From Caldithrix abyssi DSM 13497 (GTDB lineage: Bacteria > Electryoneota > AABM5-125-24 > Hatepunaeales > Hatepunaeaceae), in NCBI GenBank assembly GCA_945865405.1, contig CAMBDS010000012.1, forward strand, positions 2,383 to 66,382: a stretch of 64,000 nt of DNA. The letters are read 5' to 3'. Positions 20,001-30,300 of the stretch are shown here, one piece after another. Below the pieces are notes generated by a model. The model was not told where the DNA came from, did not search any database, and worked only from the letters and a program-made list of their open reading frames with translations. Positions within the stretch are counted from its first letter, which is position 1; each line of letters opens with the position of its first letter. Both the position numbers and the translations under genes were made by a program.

Positions 20001-22908
20001 TCATGTTGGAAGTGATTCTTGAGATCGTAAGATCGACACCACCAGTGTTGGAAATATGGAAAACGTGCGAGGCGCTATTGCGAGCGCGGATAGGTCCAAA
20101 TTGGAAGATCATCGGATCAACGGCGATCTGTGCTTCGACCACATCGCTATGCGCCTCTAACCTCGAAAGTACAGTTCTTGCCTGAGCTTGGAAGACTTCT
20201 GGGCCTTCTGAATATGTAGGAACACCTTCAAGCTCTTGACGGGTAGAACCATCCCAAACTAACCATGTAAAGGCTTCGCCATCAACGAAACCATCCCTAA
20301 CGGGAGTGCCACGATCGTCACCCCATGCCGCTATTCCGACTGCTCCAGCCTCATCAATGACAGTGTGACCGGCACAAAGTCCAGACTCGGTGAACAAGGC
20401 GATCTCGTCTCCAGCAGCTAAAGGAGCCTCACGATCTCCAGGCATTGTCAGGATTGCTTCATCTATAAGAAGCGAATGGTTTCCGTCAGTAATTCGGTGA
20501 TGGAAATGACTTGCTTCGTTAACGCCATCACCTTCAACCATAAAGCGGACCTCGCCGTTGTTCGGGTCGTCAGAGGTAATAATCAGGTTAGCCTGATGAG
20601 TTCCAACTTGTGCCGGATGGTAAGTAACCATCACATCGAAAAACTCGTTTGCATTGATGTTTCTCGGATTGCCTGGCCAATTCGTTGTAAAGGCGTTGGA
20701 ACCTTCCACGACGACGTTACTAAGGCGCATTAAACCACCGCCAACGTTATTGATACGCAGAGAATATGTGGCATCAACATTGAGCGGAATCGCGCCAAAA
20801 AAGTGGTTCGGTGCGCCAAGCATGATTTCAGGTTCGCGAGCAACATCGACACCGAGACCGAATAGATCAACGTAAAGGACAGAGTCCATTGGGTCATCGG
20901 ACATAATTGTCACTCGACCCTCATACTCAACGTTTTCCTCGCTGGGGGTGAAAGTAACGGTAATGTCGCGCGACTCGCCAAGCTCCAATTCGAATTCGCC
21001 ATCGAAATCGGTTGTGAATTCGTTTAAGTCGGGCTCAATACCCATGACATGGAGCGTACCACGTCCTTGATTAGAAACACTCATGACCCAATCCTCTGAC
21101 TCGCCGACTGCAACCTGACCGTAAAAGTGGTCCATCGCATTCAGAGAGATATCGGGAAGTGGATCGCCAAGGTTTGCAGAAAGTGAAAGAACTGTAACGC
21201 CTCCGTCCTCGTATGTTTCGGGCCCCATTTCAAATTCAGGATTTGCCCAAGCTTGTTCGCCGGAATTGTTATCCCAAATCATGAAGGAAAAGGCTTCGCC
21301 TTCTATAAATCCATCGACAATTTCAGTCGATTCGTCGTCGCCATAAGCGGCAATACCAGCCTGACCGTCTCGCCCTAATGCACCCGCACCAGCAAGTATA
21401 CCGGATTCAGTGAACATTGCTATTTCGGATCCTTCGTGGATGACGTTTCCTTCAAGTGACGTAGCGGTTATCAAGACCGAGTGACTTCCGCCAGTATTGT
21501 GTGCGTGGAAATTCCGGCCATTTGCTGCTACACCCGAGCCTGCAATGGGAATCATTATTTCAGGATTCTCTTCGTCATCAGTAGTTACTGTCAAAATTCC
21601 ATCGTAGAAGAATACTTCTTCGGGATTAAATGAAGTATTCACGTAGAGGTAGTCGCCGGGACGTAATCTGATGGGATCGTTGCCGAACTCAACCATGAAG
21701 GCTTCATTGTCACTGGTAACGTCGTTTACCATCAAATCGCTTCCACCAGTGTTGGTGACGACCATTCGCCACATACCGGCCTGACCAACAACAATAGCAC
21801 TGTAGAAATGCTCTGAAGCCATCACTTCGGCCGCCGCGGCACCTTCGGCCCTACCCTCTCCAGAAAGGGGAATTATGACAATATCTTCATCGGGGTCGTT
21901 GGAAGCTATGGTTAACTCAGCTTCGTAAGCTATTTGTTCGCTAGGTGTAAAAGAAACCACCACCTCGTGGCGATCTCCGGCGGCGACCTCAAATTGACCC
22001 TCGAAATCCGTTGTGAAAACATCATTATCGGTTGAGACATTGGACACAACAAGTGGTTGGTCGCCTTCATTGAAGACGAAAACTGACATGTTGCGCGTTT
22101 GGCCGACTATGACTCTGCCAAAGCGTCGTTCATTAATTAGCAACGCAATATCAGGCGGTAGAGCATCTTCTCCAACACCAACCAGATGGATGGTAACTTC
22201 ACTCATATCACGACCATCCGAAGTGATAGTGAGGTCAGCAGAAGCATCACCTGCAGCGTCGGGGGTAAATGTTACCGTAACAACCTGCGAATCGCCGTTC
22301 GCGATCTCCATGGCACCATCAAAATCGGTCGTGAATGCTTCGTTATCAGTTAAAACGCTTTCAACCGAGAGTGGCGAATTGCCGACACTTAGGATGGAAA
22401 ATTCCCAAGTGGCTGATCTGCCTATTCTGACAGCCTCAAAATCGTGCTCATTGTTGGCAACTCGGATTCTCGGAATGTCTTCACGATGAGCGGATAGGTT
22501 GCAAGCGATGAAAACGTCGCGTTGATAAATGCCTTCGCCAAAAGTCACTTCGACATCAGCATCCCATTCTTCATCAGCCTGATGATCCCAGACTTTGAAG
22601 AAAAGCTGTTCACCTTCGCGAAAACCGTTGATACCCTGCTCGTCTTGATCATCACCCCAAGCTGCCGGTCCGACAGGAAATCCTTCATCGGTAATGATTG
22701 CGGCTCCAGCCAAGATCCCAGCGGGAGTAAAAATACCTATCTCGTCATCAACAACGAGAGATTCTCCATCGAGCAGTGCCTCGTCAACAAGGACACTCAT
22801 ATTTCCTTGATTGATCGGTGGGTCCCAATGCTGTGCAAAGACTGCGGGTGCCGACGCCAGAAACAGAGCCAGCAGCAACAACGGAATTGAGTATCTAGAA
22901 CGATCCAT
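17089..22908 (-). CDS. Giant secreted surface protein G1 (1939 aa), T9SS cargo; function unknown
   Basis: GGGAGG lies just upstream of the ATG. Signal peptide MDRSRYSIPLLLLALFLASAPAVFA/Q. Four copies of the unassigned 115-aa module are interleaved with 6 Ig-like 'choice-of-anchor D'/ASH-type domains (pattern FG.V.VG....W...I.N.G...L.V......N..F..DF.....I..G....V.VTF.P......A.L.I.S.DP). These are followed by 5 cadherin-like repeats closing in NVNQAP/INDIP/INDAP/VNDAP/INDLP, a pre-CTD domain, and the tail SYPNPFNARTTLKFGLPTPGDVEVSVWDMHGR... Confidence 0.9.
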   Translation of the reverse strand: MDRSRYSIPLLLLALFLASAPAVFAQHWDPPINQGNMSVLVDEALLDGESLVVDDEIGIFTPAGILAGAAIITDEGFPVGPAAWGDDQDEQGINGFREGEQLFFKVWDHQADEEWDADVEVTFGEGIYQRDVFIACNLSAHREDIPRIRVANNEHDFEAVRIGRSATWEFSILSVGNSPLSVESVLTDNEAFTTDFDGAMEIANGDSQVVTVTFTPDAAGDASADLTITSDGRDMSEVTIHLVGVGEDALPPDIALLINERRFGRVIVGQTRNMSVFVFNEGDQPLVVSNVSTDNDVFTTDFEGQFEVAAGDRHEVVVSFTPSEQIAYEAELTIASNDPDEDIVIIPLSGEGRAEGAAAAEVMASEHFYSAIVVGQAGMWRMVVTNTGGSDLMVNDVTSDNEAFMVEFGNDPIRLRPGDYLYVNTSFNPEEVFFYDGILTVTTDDEENPEIMIPIAGSGVAANGRNFHAHNTGGSHSVLITATSLEGNVIHEGSEIAMFTESGILAGAGALGRDGQAGIAAYGDDESTEIVDGFIEGEAFSFMIWDNNSGEQAWANPEFEMGPETYEDGGVTVLSLSANLGDPLPDISLNAMDHFYGQVAVGESEDWVMSVSNQGRGTLHVMGIEPDLNEFTTDFDGEFELELGESRDITVTFTPSEENVEYEGRVTIMSDDPMDSVLYVDLFGLGVDVAREPEIMLGAPNHFFGAIPLNVDATYSLRINNVGGGLMRLSNVVVEGSNAFTTNWPGNPRNINANEFFDVMVTYHPAQVGTHQANLIITSDDPNNGEVRFMVEGDGVNEASHFHHRITDGNHSLLIDEAILTMPGDREAPLAAGDEIALFTESGLCAGHTVIDEAGAVGIAAWGDDRGTPVRDGFVDGEAFTWLVWDGSTRQELEGVPTYSEGPEVFQAQARTVLSRLEAHSDVVEAQIAVDPMIFQFGPIRARNSASHVFHISNTGGVDLTISRITSNMNVYTHDFNNQAVVLGPDEVLDVNVTFTPTEDAPYEGILTVFSDDPDQAQFTFRPNGVGSVEQGRFDFMSVAQNHSLLVEPFEFGGVDAAVGDEIGVFTTAGLCAGAGIVEQPGTCGVAAWGDDPETRFVVEGFQNGEAMTLKVWDSSQRREYEGDDIVVEVEDNQELNWQNDAINFLSIRVEGVVVLASDPGEVQVSEGEDVDIHFTIANAPGNMRLSILNRDEIAQNAGDVEFTDNGNNTADFHWETNFNSFRNRPYVLSFQATNGDITDVTSVMITIVNVNQAPEVQPFQDDLITFDEDQAMAGAPPRLVVIPDMRNLFTDPDGNALTFITQAMNPNMTNEHRVVAGVPRWQIDLPANFFGDVRVTLRANDNQQGAPERDMRRVDGAAGAFEANISNPSETPVRDLITDYTFTMRFRSINDIPVITAPQNNGQFVWNIDERQDAALQFNGTDVESQGDQIVWTMPNRGGLPDEARFVDNRNGTATLSWQPTADDIGQYQTVVRMADADGGADEINNLTINVRGINDAPVYNDQNPLEDVVIQEDADRVVIATLNDNHWVDPDQGDQLNFGVVAPAPADLQVQYNAQTTEVSIQPRLNINGEFDITVYCRDRAQAPNEVREVIHVTVEPVNDAPTFVPPNIANIRIAEDSNLNELQIARLNLKFRDIDVGDVLAYAVDGPAEFGLRIDAGTTALFRTLSANYNTAALDGDSAIVTVTATDRAGESVSTQFGVTVTPDINDLPSDRAGGGGAFRLLTPEMNHNFEGPDSLGPFVFSWEPAIQNQWEIDSVRYWFRAWIPGRQDTLKFDTLSGTQYPVPNDSLFVKLGQRLRDRDITIHWKVIAVDRGMLVVAQQQRNVPAANNNFAFTASRLEIRELPHAEMPENYFISNSYPNPFNARTTLKFGLPTPGDVEVSVWDMHGRKIAQLAGGRHEAGQYELTWTAEGQTSGIYLIKMQSGAFIGMQKAILVR
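17092..17355 (-). other. T9SS type A C-terminal sorting domain (Por_Secre_tail, TIGR04183-like) of G1
   Basis: PENYFISNSYPNPFNARTTLKFGLPTPGDVEVSVWDMHGRKIAQLAGGRHEAGQYELTWTAEGQTSGIYLIKMQSGAFIGMQKAILVR. Confidence 0.85.
17773..19455 (-). repeat. Array of 5 cadherin-like / He_PIG-type Ig repeats in G1
   Basis: Units of about 100-140 aa, each ending in a [VI]N[DQ].P linker. Acidic DPDG/D.D motifs are present (TDPDGNALTF, VDPDQGDQLNF, RDIDVGDVLAY). Confidence 0.7.
19456..19812 (-). repeat. Unassigned module, copy G1-M4
   Basis: RFDFMSVAQNHSLLVEPFEFGGVDAAVGDEIGVFTTAGLCAGAGIVEQPGTCGVAAWGDDPETRFVVEGFQNGEAMTLKVWD... Confidence 0.8.
20155..20508 (-). repeat. Unassigned module, copy G1-M3
   Basis: HFHHRITDGNHSLLIDEAIL...AAGDEIALFTESGLCAGHTVIDEAGAVGIAAWGDDRGTPVRDGFVDGEAFTWLVWD... 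Confidence 0.8.
21175..21510 (-). repeat. Unassigned module, copy G1-M2
   Basis: FHAHNTGGSHSVLITATSLEGNVIHEGSEIAMFTESGILAGAGALGRDGQAGIAAYGDDESTEIVDGFIEGEAFSFMIWD... Confidence 0.8.
22492..22830 (-). repeat. Unassigned HF/NHS/AAWGDD module, copy G1-M1 (protein-level repeat)
   Basis: HWDPPINQGNMSVLVDEALLDGESLVVDDEIGIFTPAGILAGAAIITDEGFPVGPAAWGDDQDEQGINGFREGEQLFFKVWD... It starts one residue after the predicted signal-peptide cleavage site. The C-terminal boundary is approximate. Confidence 0.8.
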
Positions 22909-23072
22909 CTGTCCTCCCTAACTTTACGGCAACGATTAAGCGAGAATACGCCATTACTTTTCCTCAAGCCTTATAGCAGCATAGCGCCACTTTTGTTTTT
23001 GATCAATCCAACATCTTATCGAAGTTGAGGCAAATACGACCCTCCTTCGACAAGAAGTAGCAAAGTCAGATT

Positions 23073-23101
23073 AAAATACTGCAAAAGGTGATAATTGTCA
23101 A
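23073..23101 (-). promoter_or_regulatory. Candidate sigma70-type promoter for G1
   Basis: The minus strand reads TTGACA-N17-TATTTT inside the 374-bp AT-rich spacer. It would give a leader of about 155 nt. A second perfect TATAAT (23196-23191, minus strand) has no matching -35. Confidence 0.3.
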
Positions 23102-23282
23102 GCAATTTTCACTCAAATACCAGCATTTCTTATGTCAAGATAACGAGAGTTACCTGTAAGCATCTTGACGAATGTCACTTACAAGTAGGTATTATACGGC
23201 AAATTGTGCGAAAATGATGTATTTCTATTCAAATTTGGGCTATTAAATGTCTTACCAGAAATATTACCAGTTAAATAAAAGT

Positions 23283-24350
23283 CTATTTTGTGAGTGTAAG
23301 TGAAATAGTCTTTGAACCAAAAGTGGTTTCCAATCGACAATAATAATTACCAGATGGTATCCAATTAAGATTGACTGGAAGTTGATGAATGCCCGCACTT
23401 AAACCAGAATAATCAGTATAATAAATTTCCTTCCCATCCAATCCTAATACGAAAAGTCTTAAAGAGGTTTCAGTTGGCAGAGCCAATTTTATGACAGTTT
23501 GACCATTAAACGGATTAGGATAGGTTCCCAAGATTTCAAAACTTGTTGGTGCCAGGGGATCAAGTCTTACTGAAACAGGATCGTTCCAGAGCTGAATGGT
23601 CGATCTCCCGTCTATTGAAAAGTGCTCGTCGCCAAGTAATATCTGCCAATTTGTCGAATCGATTGTCAAAAATGAATCAGAAGAGAAGAAACTGAATTGA
23701 AATCCTTCACCGACCGCAAATCCTTCGACTATTCCTTCTGTTTCAGGATCATCTTCATAGGCCCATCCAGATGCTGAGTCGGAATCTATCCATATAAGAA
23801 ATCCTCCTACATCACCTTGAGCAGTACAAATCCCAACTTGATCGCCCGGGTGCGGACCAATTAACATTTCACCCGAGAAGAACTCTGCTGAAGGACAAGT
23901 GAATTTGTGACGATTTATTGTTGGATGTATATCAAAATACGGCTCTTTTGCCGCTAATTCAACTATTAGAAGGCCATTGCTGTGCCAAATTCCATCCCCG
24001 GTAAGTAGATAAATTCGCTCAAGTGATACCTCGTGCTGTTGTTCGGAGTCCCATCTGACAAAGTAAATCGAGTCACCTTCCCTAAATCCTTCGATACTAT
24101 CTCGAGTTAAGGCGTCGTCACCCCAGGCTGCAATCCCCAAAGGAAAGCCAGTTACTGCCACAGACCCACCGCATCGTCCTTCAGGTGTCAACACACCGAT
24201 TTCATCACCACCGCCCCAGATCCCACCCACATAGACTTCTCTTATCAATATGGAGCAGTTAACGTCTGTAGTATCAAAATCAAAGTGATTTGCGTAAGAG
24301 CAGATTGTTAATGAAAACATCAACATGAATGCTGCTAATATCTGTCGCAT
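23283..24350 (-). CDS. Small T9SS cargo protein S (355 aa): two copies of the unassigned module plus the sorting domain
   Basis: Signal peptide MRQILAAFMLMFSLTICSYA/N. One canonical and one degenerate module copy, then the tail GTYPNPFNGQTVIKLALPTETSLRLFVLGLDGKEIY... Only 36 nt separate it from the stop of the upstream giant gene. Confidence 0.85.
   Translation of the reverse strand: MRQILAAFMLMFSLTICSYANHFDFDTTDVNCSILIREVYVGGIWGGGDEIGVLTPEGRCGGSVAVTGFPLGIAAWGDDALTRDSIEGFREGDSIYFVRWDSEQQHEVSLERIYLLTGDGIWHSNGLLIVELAAKEPYFDIHPTINRHKFTCPSAEFFSGEMLIGPHPGDQVGICTAQGDVGGFLIWIDSDSASGWAYEDDPETEGIVEGFAVGEGFQFSFFSSDSFLTIDSTNWQILLGDEHFSIDGRSTIQLWNDPVSVRLDPLAPTSFEILGTYPNPFNGQTVIKLALPTETSLRLFVLGLDGKEIYYTDYSGLSAGIHQLPVNLNWIPSGNYYCRLETTFGSKTISLTLTK
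23286..23549 (-). other. T9SS type A C-terminal sorting domain of S
   Basis: PTSFEILGTYPNPFNGQTVIKLALPTETSLRLFVLGLDGKEIYYTDYSGLSAGIHQLPVNLNWIPSGNYYCRLETTFGSKTISLTLTK. Confidence 0.8.
23586..23939 (-). repeat. Unassigned module, degenerate copy S-M2
   Basis: ...GEMLIGPHPGDQVGICTAQGDVGGFLIWIDSDSASGWAYEDDPETEGIVEGFAVGEGFQFSFF... This copy keeps GD.[IV]G, G.A.EDD and GF..GE but lacks the HF/NHS start. Confidence 0.55.
23952..24287 (-). repeat. Unassigned module, copy S-M1
   Basis: HFDFDTTDVNCSILIREVYVGGIWGGGDEIGVLTPEGRCGGSVAVTGFPLGIAAWGDDALTRDSIEGFREGDSIYFVRWD... Confidence 0.8.
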
Positions 24351-24386
24351 ATTACAGGTCCGAATTTATTTTAGCCGGTTTACTGA

Positions 24387-27300
24387 TTAACGTAGAAGGA
24401 CTAACTTTTCTGTTGCCATCGATTGGCCGACAATAATTTCCAACCAGTAAATACCGGTGGGCAAAGTTACTGCGTCGATAGTATATGTATGCCAACCGGC
24501 TTCAAGCTGAGTCTCGCTCATCGACCAAACTACTCTTCCCTGCAGATCAATAAGGCGAGTCGATGCCTTGCCGAGTATTGGCAAACCAAATCGAATTGTT
24601 GTTCTACTGTTGAATGGATTCGGATATGTCGGGGTTAGGGTAAGAACTGAGGGGATCTCGACCTGAGTTGCTTTGAGGGAAATAGCTTCAAAACCATCGG
24701 TGCTAAACTTGAGGACTCTCTCGTCTGATTCGAATTGGGCGATAACATTATTCACCTTAACCGCAAGAATAGCAAGTAGTTCATCATCAACAGCTCCATC
24801 GATTTCAAAGGTTAATGTATCATCACCTCTAACAATAAGTCCGGCGGGAAGCGAAGACAGTGAGCCACGCCCAACTGTTTGACCACTCCTTTTGGAAACA
24901 GCGACAAGCGATACATCATTTCCAAGAAAGCTTGCGGGAGCATCAGTCACAAGCAAACTCATGTCGGATCCGGTACTTCTCGCTGACTGTAAATTTGGCA
25001 CTATTGAGAGTGGAGCTATTTGTTGGCGGTTCTCCTCATCCTGATACACAAGTTCTGTCCGGCGGTCAACCTTGATCTTATAGCCTTCCCCCGGAATAAG
25101 TGATTCAATTCCGAAGTAGCCGAATCGAGGTGCGATAAAATCACCCACGCCATTTTTAGCCAGGAGAAGCGATTGCATTATCCCCTCGAGCCCAATGCGA
25201 GGGTCAATTGGGTGATCGAGAAGGTAGCCTACTGTGTTCCAGCCCAATGAAAGTGGGATTGGGGTATCGAACTCTATCTTTCTTCCGGTCACAACCAGGC
25301 TATCATCCTCGTTGACATTGACCTGATAACCGTGCAATGGATTCCATGGACCCAAACCGTTATAATCGAAGCGCGTTGTCCAAAATCTTCCCAATCCGTC
25401 CTTTACTATAACAAGGTGCTCCCTATCCCGGATTTCGCTAAACATGATTGGTACTTCAAGTTCAAAAGGTACGACATAGCTCGATATCAAATTCCAGCCT
25501 CTCGCGAGTCTGATCACATGTCGATCTGGATCACGAACAACCAATCGTACCTCAACCTCATCATTATCACGAAAATGGAAATCGCCTGTTACATATTCAA
25601 CTTCCGGGTGGTATTCTTCATTACTGCCAGAATCCCAGATAACGAGTGCCATTGAATCGCCTTGGGAAAATCCGTTGTCACCACCATAGGCTATGAATTC
25701 AGCAGGCGCTTCAACCCATCTGACGACTCCTCCAACTTGACCTCCAGGTGTGATCGCCGCAATTTCACTCCCTACCATGAGATCGCTTCCGTAGAAATCA
25801 ATAGAGAGAACGTGAATGTTTGAACGATTTTCTGTGACTTCAGGGTTGTCAAAATGGCGAAAACCGGAAACAATCTCAAGAGATACGTGCAATGATGCAA
25901 CAGTGCCATCGAAGGACCTGACCATGATATCAGCTTCATAAACATCGTTTTCCTCAGCGCCGGGCGGAACTTCGAAATCTATGGTTAACTCCTGAGTACT
26001 CTCTGACGCTAACTCTCCTTCGATTGGGTTTATCGTGATCCAACTAACTCTCGGGTTTAGTTCAACGCCGAGTAGGTGTTGCGAATCCCTTCCGACAACA
26101 ACTCCCATTATCCAGCGATTGGCGTCCCAACTTCCAGTTACGAAGAGTCCAGTAGGAGGTCCTACAAATTGAAGTTCGGTCTCCTCGATGACGCCACGCT
26201 CTGGATTTGACCGATAAATCTTTGTACCGCCGTCTGGCTCAAGATTGGCCACATATAGCGGAAGATCATCCGGATCGCCCGGATTCCATCCAAAACCATA
26301 TACTCCTGTAAGTCCGTGGCCATCCCATTCCTGGAGCACATCTCCGTCTCGATCTACCAGATACCAAGGCAAATCGTATTCCCCGCACCAAAACGCATCA
26401 GGCTCGGAGCTATAAGCAAGCGCGCGATTGACAGTTAGTGGTGCTCCCGGTTGGACGCGATGGAGTTGCCCATCCACGGTGATCGCATAGATACTGTCAT
26501 TTTGTGAACCGTATAGGTATGTTCCATCCCAAGCAAGATCTCGAAGCCCCCAGCCAACTCGATTTGCTTGTGGTTGCGCAAATTGTCGAACCAGTACTCC
26601 ATCACGATTGAGTACTGCAATCGAGAGTCCTCGTATCGGGTCGCCGCTCGTCACGAAGATCTGGTCAGCAGCATACTCGGCTCCCATTATCCGTTGCAAT
26701 CCGGTTATGGCTGTTAAATCGTGATCGAAATTAATGTCTCCCTGCTGATCACGCAGTGGATCTGTCTCGGTTGTGCCTCTCAGTGACCTGGTTCCACTGT
26801 CCCGGTTGGGCACCTGATTCATAAGACGAAGCACGTACGGAATCGAGATTTCGCTCTCGTTTCGGAGAGTAGTGTTGACAGTCAGACGGTCATTGCCACC
26901 AAGTGCAACCTCAAGCCCCTGATCACTGAAAGTGACCAAAGGACGATAAAGCTCAAAATCGACTCGAATGTTGTCACGAGCACGAAGCACCGTTTCGATC
27001 ACATCGGCTTGGTAACCCGCAAGAGTTGCGGAAAGATTTGTAAATCCTGGAACAAGGCCAATTAGGTTGTAATTTCCTTGCTGGTTAGTCTGGGTTGAAA
27101 CCCGCCCATTTGAAACCTTCACACCGGCTAAAACTTGGCCGTTTTGATCTCGAGCCACTCCAAAAATTTGAGCGGCGACAGGCGGCGCACCTCCCCAGAC
27201 AACAAAGTCATCAAGAAACCAACCAGAGTACCAATCTATGGCATTATCTGTTTTGAACAACCAACGAAACCTAAGCGCCTGACCCTGATAGTCTGAAAGA

Positions 27301-30300
27301 TCAAAACTGACTATTTGCCATGCAGGAATTTCCCCGGTAAAGGCGGGTCGGTTTTGGAAAGCCGCTACTGTTTGATCTGGATAACCACCAATTGGTGTTA
27401 GCAGTTGATACGCCCCACCATCAACTGAAACCAGAAACTGCCCGCCATCACGCCCGGCTTCGGCCGAAAGATAATGGAAAAATTCAACGCGCGCATTTTG
27501 TGAGGTGATCAGATATTCGCTGATTGTGGTCAAAGTCCAGTTTGCATTGTTCTCGTAATGTCGCGGGGAAGGCTGATTTGTACCCCAGACAAATGTGCCT
27601 GAATGAGCAGATCCGGGCCCGTTAACCAAACTACTTGTTCGTGCCCATTTACCAAACGGTGCAGCCGTAAAGACTGCAGGAGGCGCACCTCCATCGAAAC
27701 TGAAATATTGGCTAAGGCCAAGCGGAACACGAGCAGTAACAGGAACAGAATAGTTGGGAACTTCGTCGTAGGCAATCAAGGAAAGATCGTACCAACCTTC
27801 ATCCCCTTCCGGCATCTCTGCAGTGAATGTTAAGGTAGGTGCATTTACCCTACCGACTTCCTGACCATTAATAATGACTCGGCATCCAGCATAATCGGTA
27901 CAATTCTGGACATTATCAGCGTTCCTGGCAGGCGCGTTCCACCTGATGGTATAATTAGGCCCATTATTGGTAACTATAATGTTAGTTGGAACTCCCGGAG
28001 CCATGTTATACTTTCCGACGATTTCATCGCTTTCCATTTCGATGTTTTCGTCATAAACCGCAACAACTTGAAATGTATGTTCTTCATCTTCTCCGTTTGT
28101 ATCTTCGATAAAGTTATAGCGATAATTGGGAAAATCGCCTTCTGCGACAATCTGACCATCTACAAGGATTTTGTAGCCGTTTGGCGGATCCCTTCCAGGA
28201 TCTTCGTTCTCAACAAATTCAACCGGAGGCGACGCATCGCTTGCAAGTAATTGCGAATCGATAGAAGGTCCTCTTGCAATCTCAATTCGATCGCTCAGAG
28301 CTTCGTTATTGAATCCGATATCTCCAACTTCTCGAAGGGGTCGTGGGGCAAGACGTTCCTCTGCATCTTCGCGATAGCTATAGACGACGGCTCGAATCAT
28401 GTTATCACCAGGTAGACCGTTAAATCGGTGCCATTGGCCATCAATCCGAAGGTGTGTTACATCAGGGTGATCGAGGTGCCCATCGAGACCGGTAGCCTGA
28501 AATGTAGCTACCTGGCGTACCATGTCCTGATGCCATCCTACGTAAAATGCGCCTCTGCGGAAGCGAATGTCTGCCGGGCGAACGGTGACCCATTGAGTGG
28601 CAACTCGGAATTGGTCGTAGTCGCTCCAAATTTCTTCTCCAGGAAGTCCTGTCTCGGGATCCTCTTCCCACATCTTGAACTGAATCGGTACGGCTGCCCA
28701 ACCTTGCCAGCCATTGAACCCGAAATCACCACGCCGAAACATGTAAATCTGTACGGCAGTGATATCATACAAGTCTTCAGGTTCGAATCTTACAGCGATT
28801 ACATCGTCCCGTCCGCGAAGAAAAACGGCATTGTTAATTGGGCCATTATCATATCGAAGAGAATCTGTTCGTCCAATTGTCCCTGGCGGATCCCAGATAA
28901 CAGCGACACGGTCATCAAAATTGCCATTTACCCTAATGCTTCCCATTGGCAATCGATCATCCATGGTAAAATTAAGCTCGGTAATTCCACCATCTTGAAT
29001 TTCGATATTATTTACCCTGTCAGCGTGCCATGCAGATAATCTTGGCGTTACACCGTAAGTGCCTTCTGGGAGCGTTATCTCGTAATATCCCTCAGCGTCC
29101 GTAGTTCCAACACCGTAAACTGAATTGTCATCTTCATTGATTGCAGCAACATCGACTCCTTCCAGCCACCCATTCTCGTTATGAGCGCTATTGATATGCC
29201 CACTTAATATTCCGCGATGGATATGGGCAAGTTCAAAGTTCCGTCTAAGATTTTCATTTGGGCTGATACTGAATGAATCGCTGATAAATGCATCGTAACC
29301 ATCCAACGTAGCTGTAAGCTGAAATAGACCAGGAATTAAGTCAAAGAAACCGTAATTTCCTTCATTATCTGGATTTGCCTCTACACCGTTCAAAGTGAGT
29401 GCAACATTTTCGAGTGCCCCTTCACCATCAAGGGATACTACGCCTTCGAGAGAACAGGAGCCACCACTAATCAGCAGAGTGACGGGCACATTTGTTACTC
29501 GACCGCCCATAAAGTCATACAACTCGATATTGGCGGAAAGTTCGCTGTCGACCCTGCCACGGGCGTCAAATGAGACCTGTAACTGTGTTTCAGCACCTCC
29601 AGCTAATTGAACTACTAACGGCGAAGTTTTTACCCAGTTTTGTTTGGGCCAAAGTTCATAAAGTTTAAGTACATCCGCATCCGGGCCCTGAATGACTACA
29701 CCGAGCATCCAGGTCTGAGTATCGTAGAGATAGGTAGTGAATGCGCCTCCAGCGAAGCCCTCCTCCTCCGTTGCGGTTTCAATTTCACGGATTAGCTCTC
29801 GAGTTCGAGGATTAAACCGATAAATTGCAGCTCCACCATTGTCGGATTCCTGATTGTGAATATAGAGACAGGCGCCATCAGGATCAGATGGATTCCATGC
29901 CATACCGACGACACCTGTCAGCCCGTGATCAGTTACTCGATCCGCAAGGACAGATTCCCCGACTCTGATCCGGCGATACTTATACCATGTGTCGTCACGG
30001 TCACCAATCCAAAACGAATTTTCTTCATGAATCCAAGCAACTGCTCGTGCGACCCCTAATGGAGTCAGGATCTCCCGACCTAAAACTCCACCGGCAGCAG
30101 GATTAATGCGAACCAATTCTCCCGCAGTAGTGCTTGAACCATAAAGAAAAGTTCCATCATAGGCAAGATCACGAGTTCCCCACCCGTCCATATTGTTATT
30201 GTTTAGATTTCCCAATTGGAGCCTATTGACGACGTCTCCCGCCCTATTCATTACATAAAGGTGACTTGTGTCACTGCCAAAATCACCAGCCGTAGTCACA

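Noticed and set aside
23165-23195. A plus-strand promoter-like element TTGACG-N19-TATTAT in the spacer upstream of the 1939-aa gene, and a similar plus-strand TTGACA-N17-GATACT at 33133-33161.
   Set aside because: Both point away from any plus-strand gene, into the 3' ends of minus-strand genes. The first also has a suboptimal 19-nt spacer. Antisense transcription is possible, but the sequence alone does not support it.
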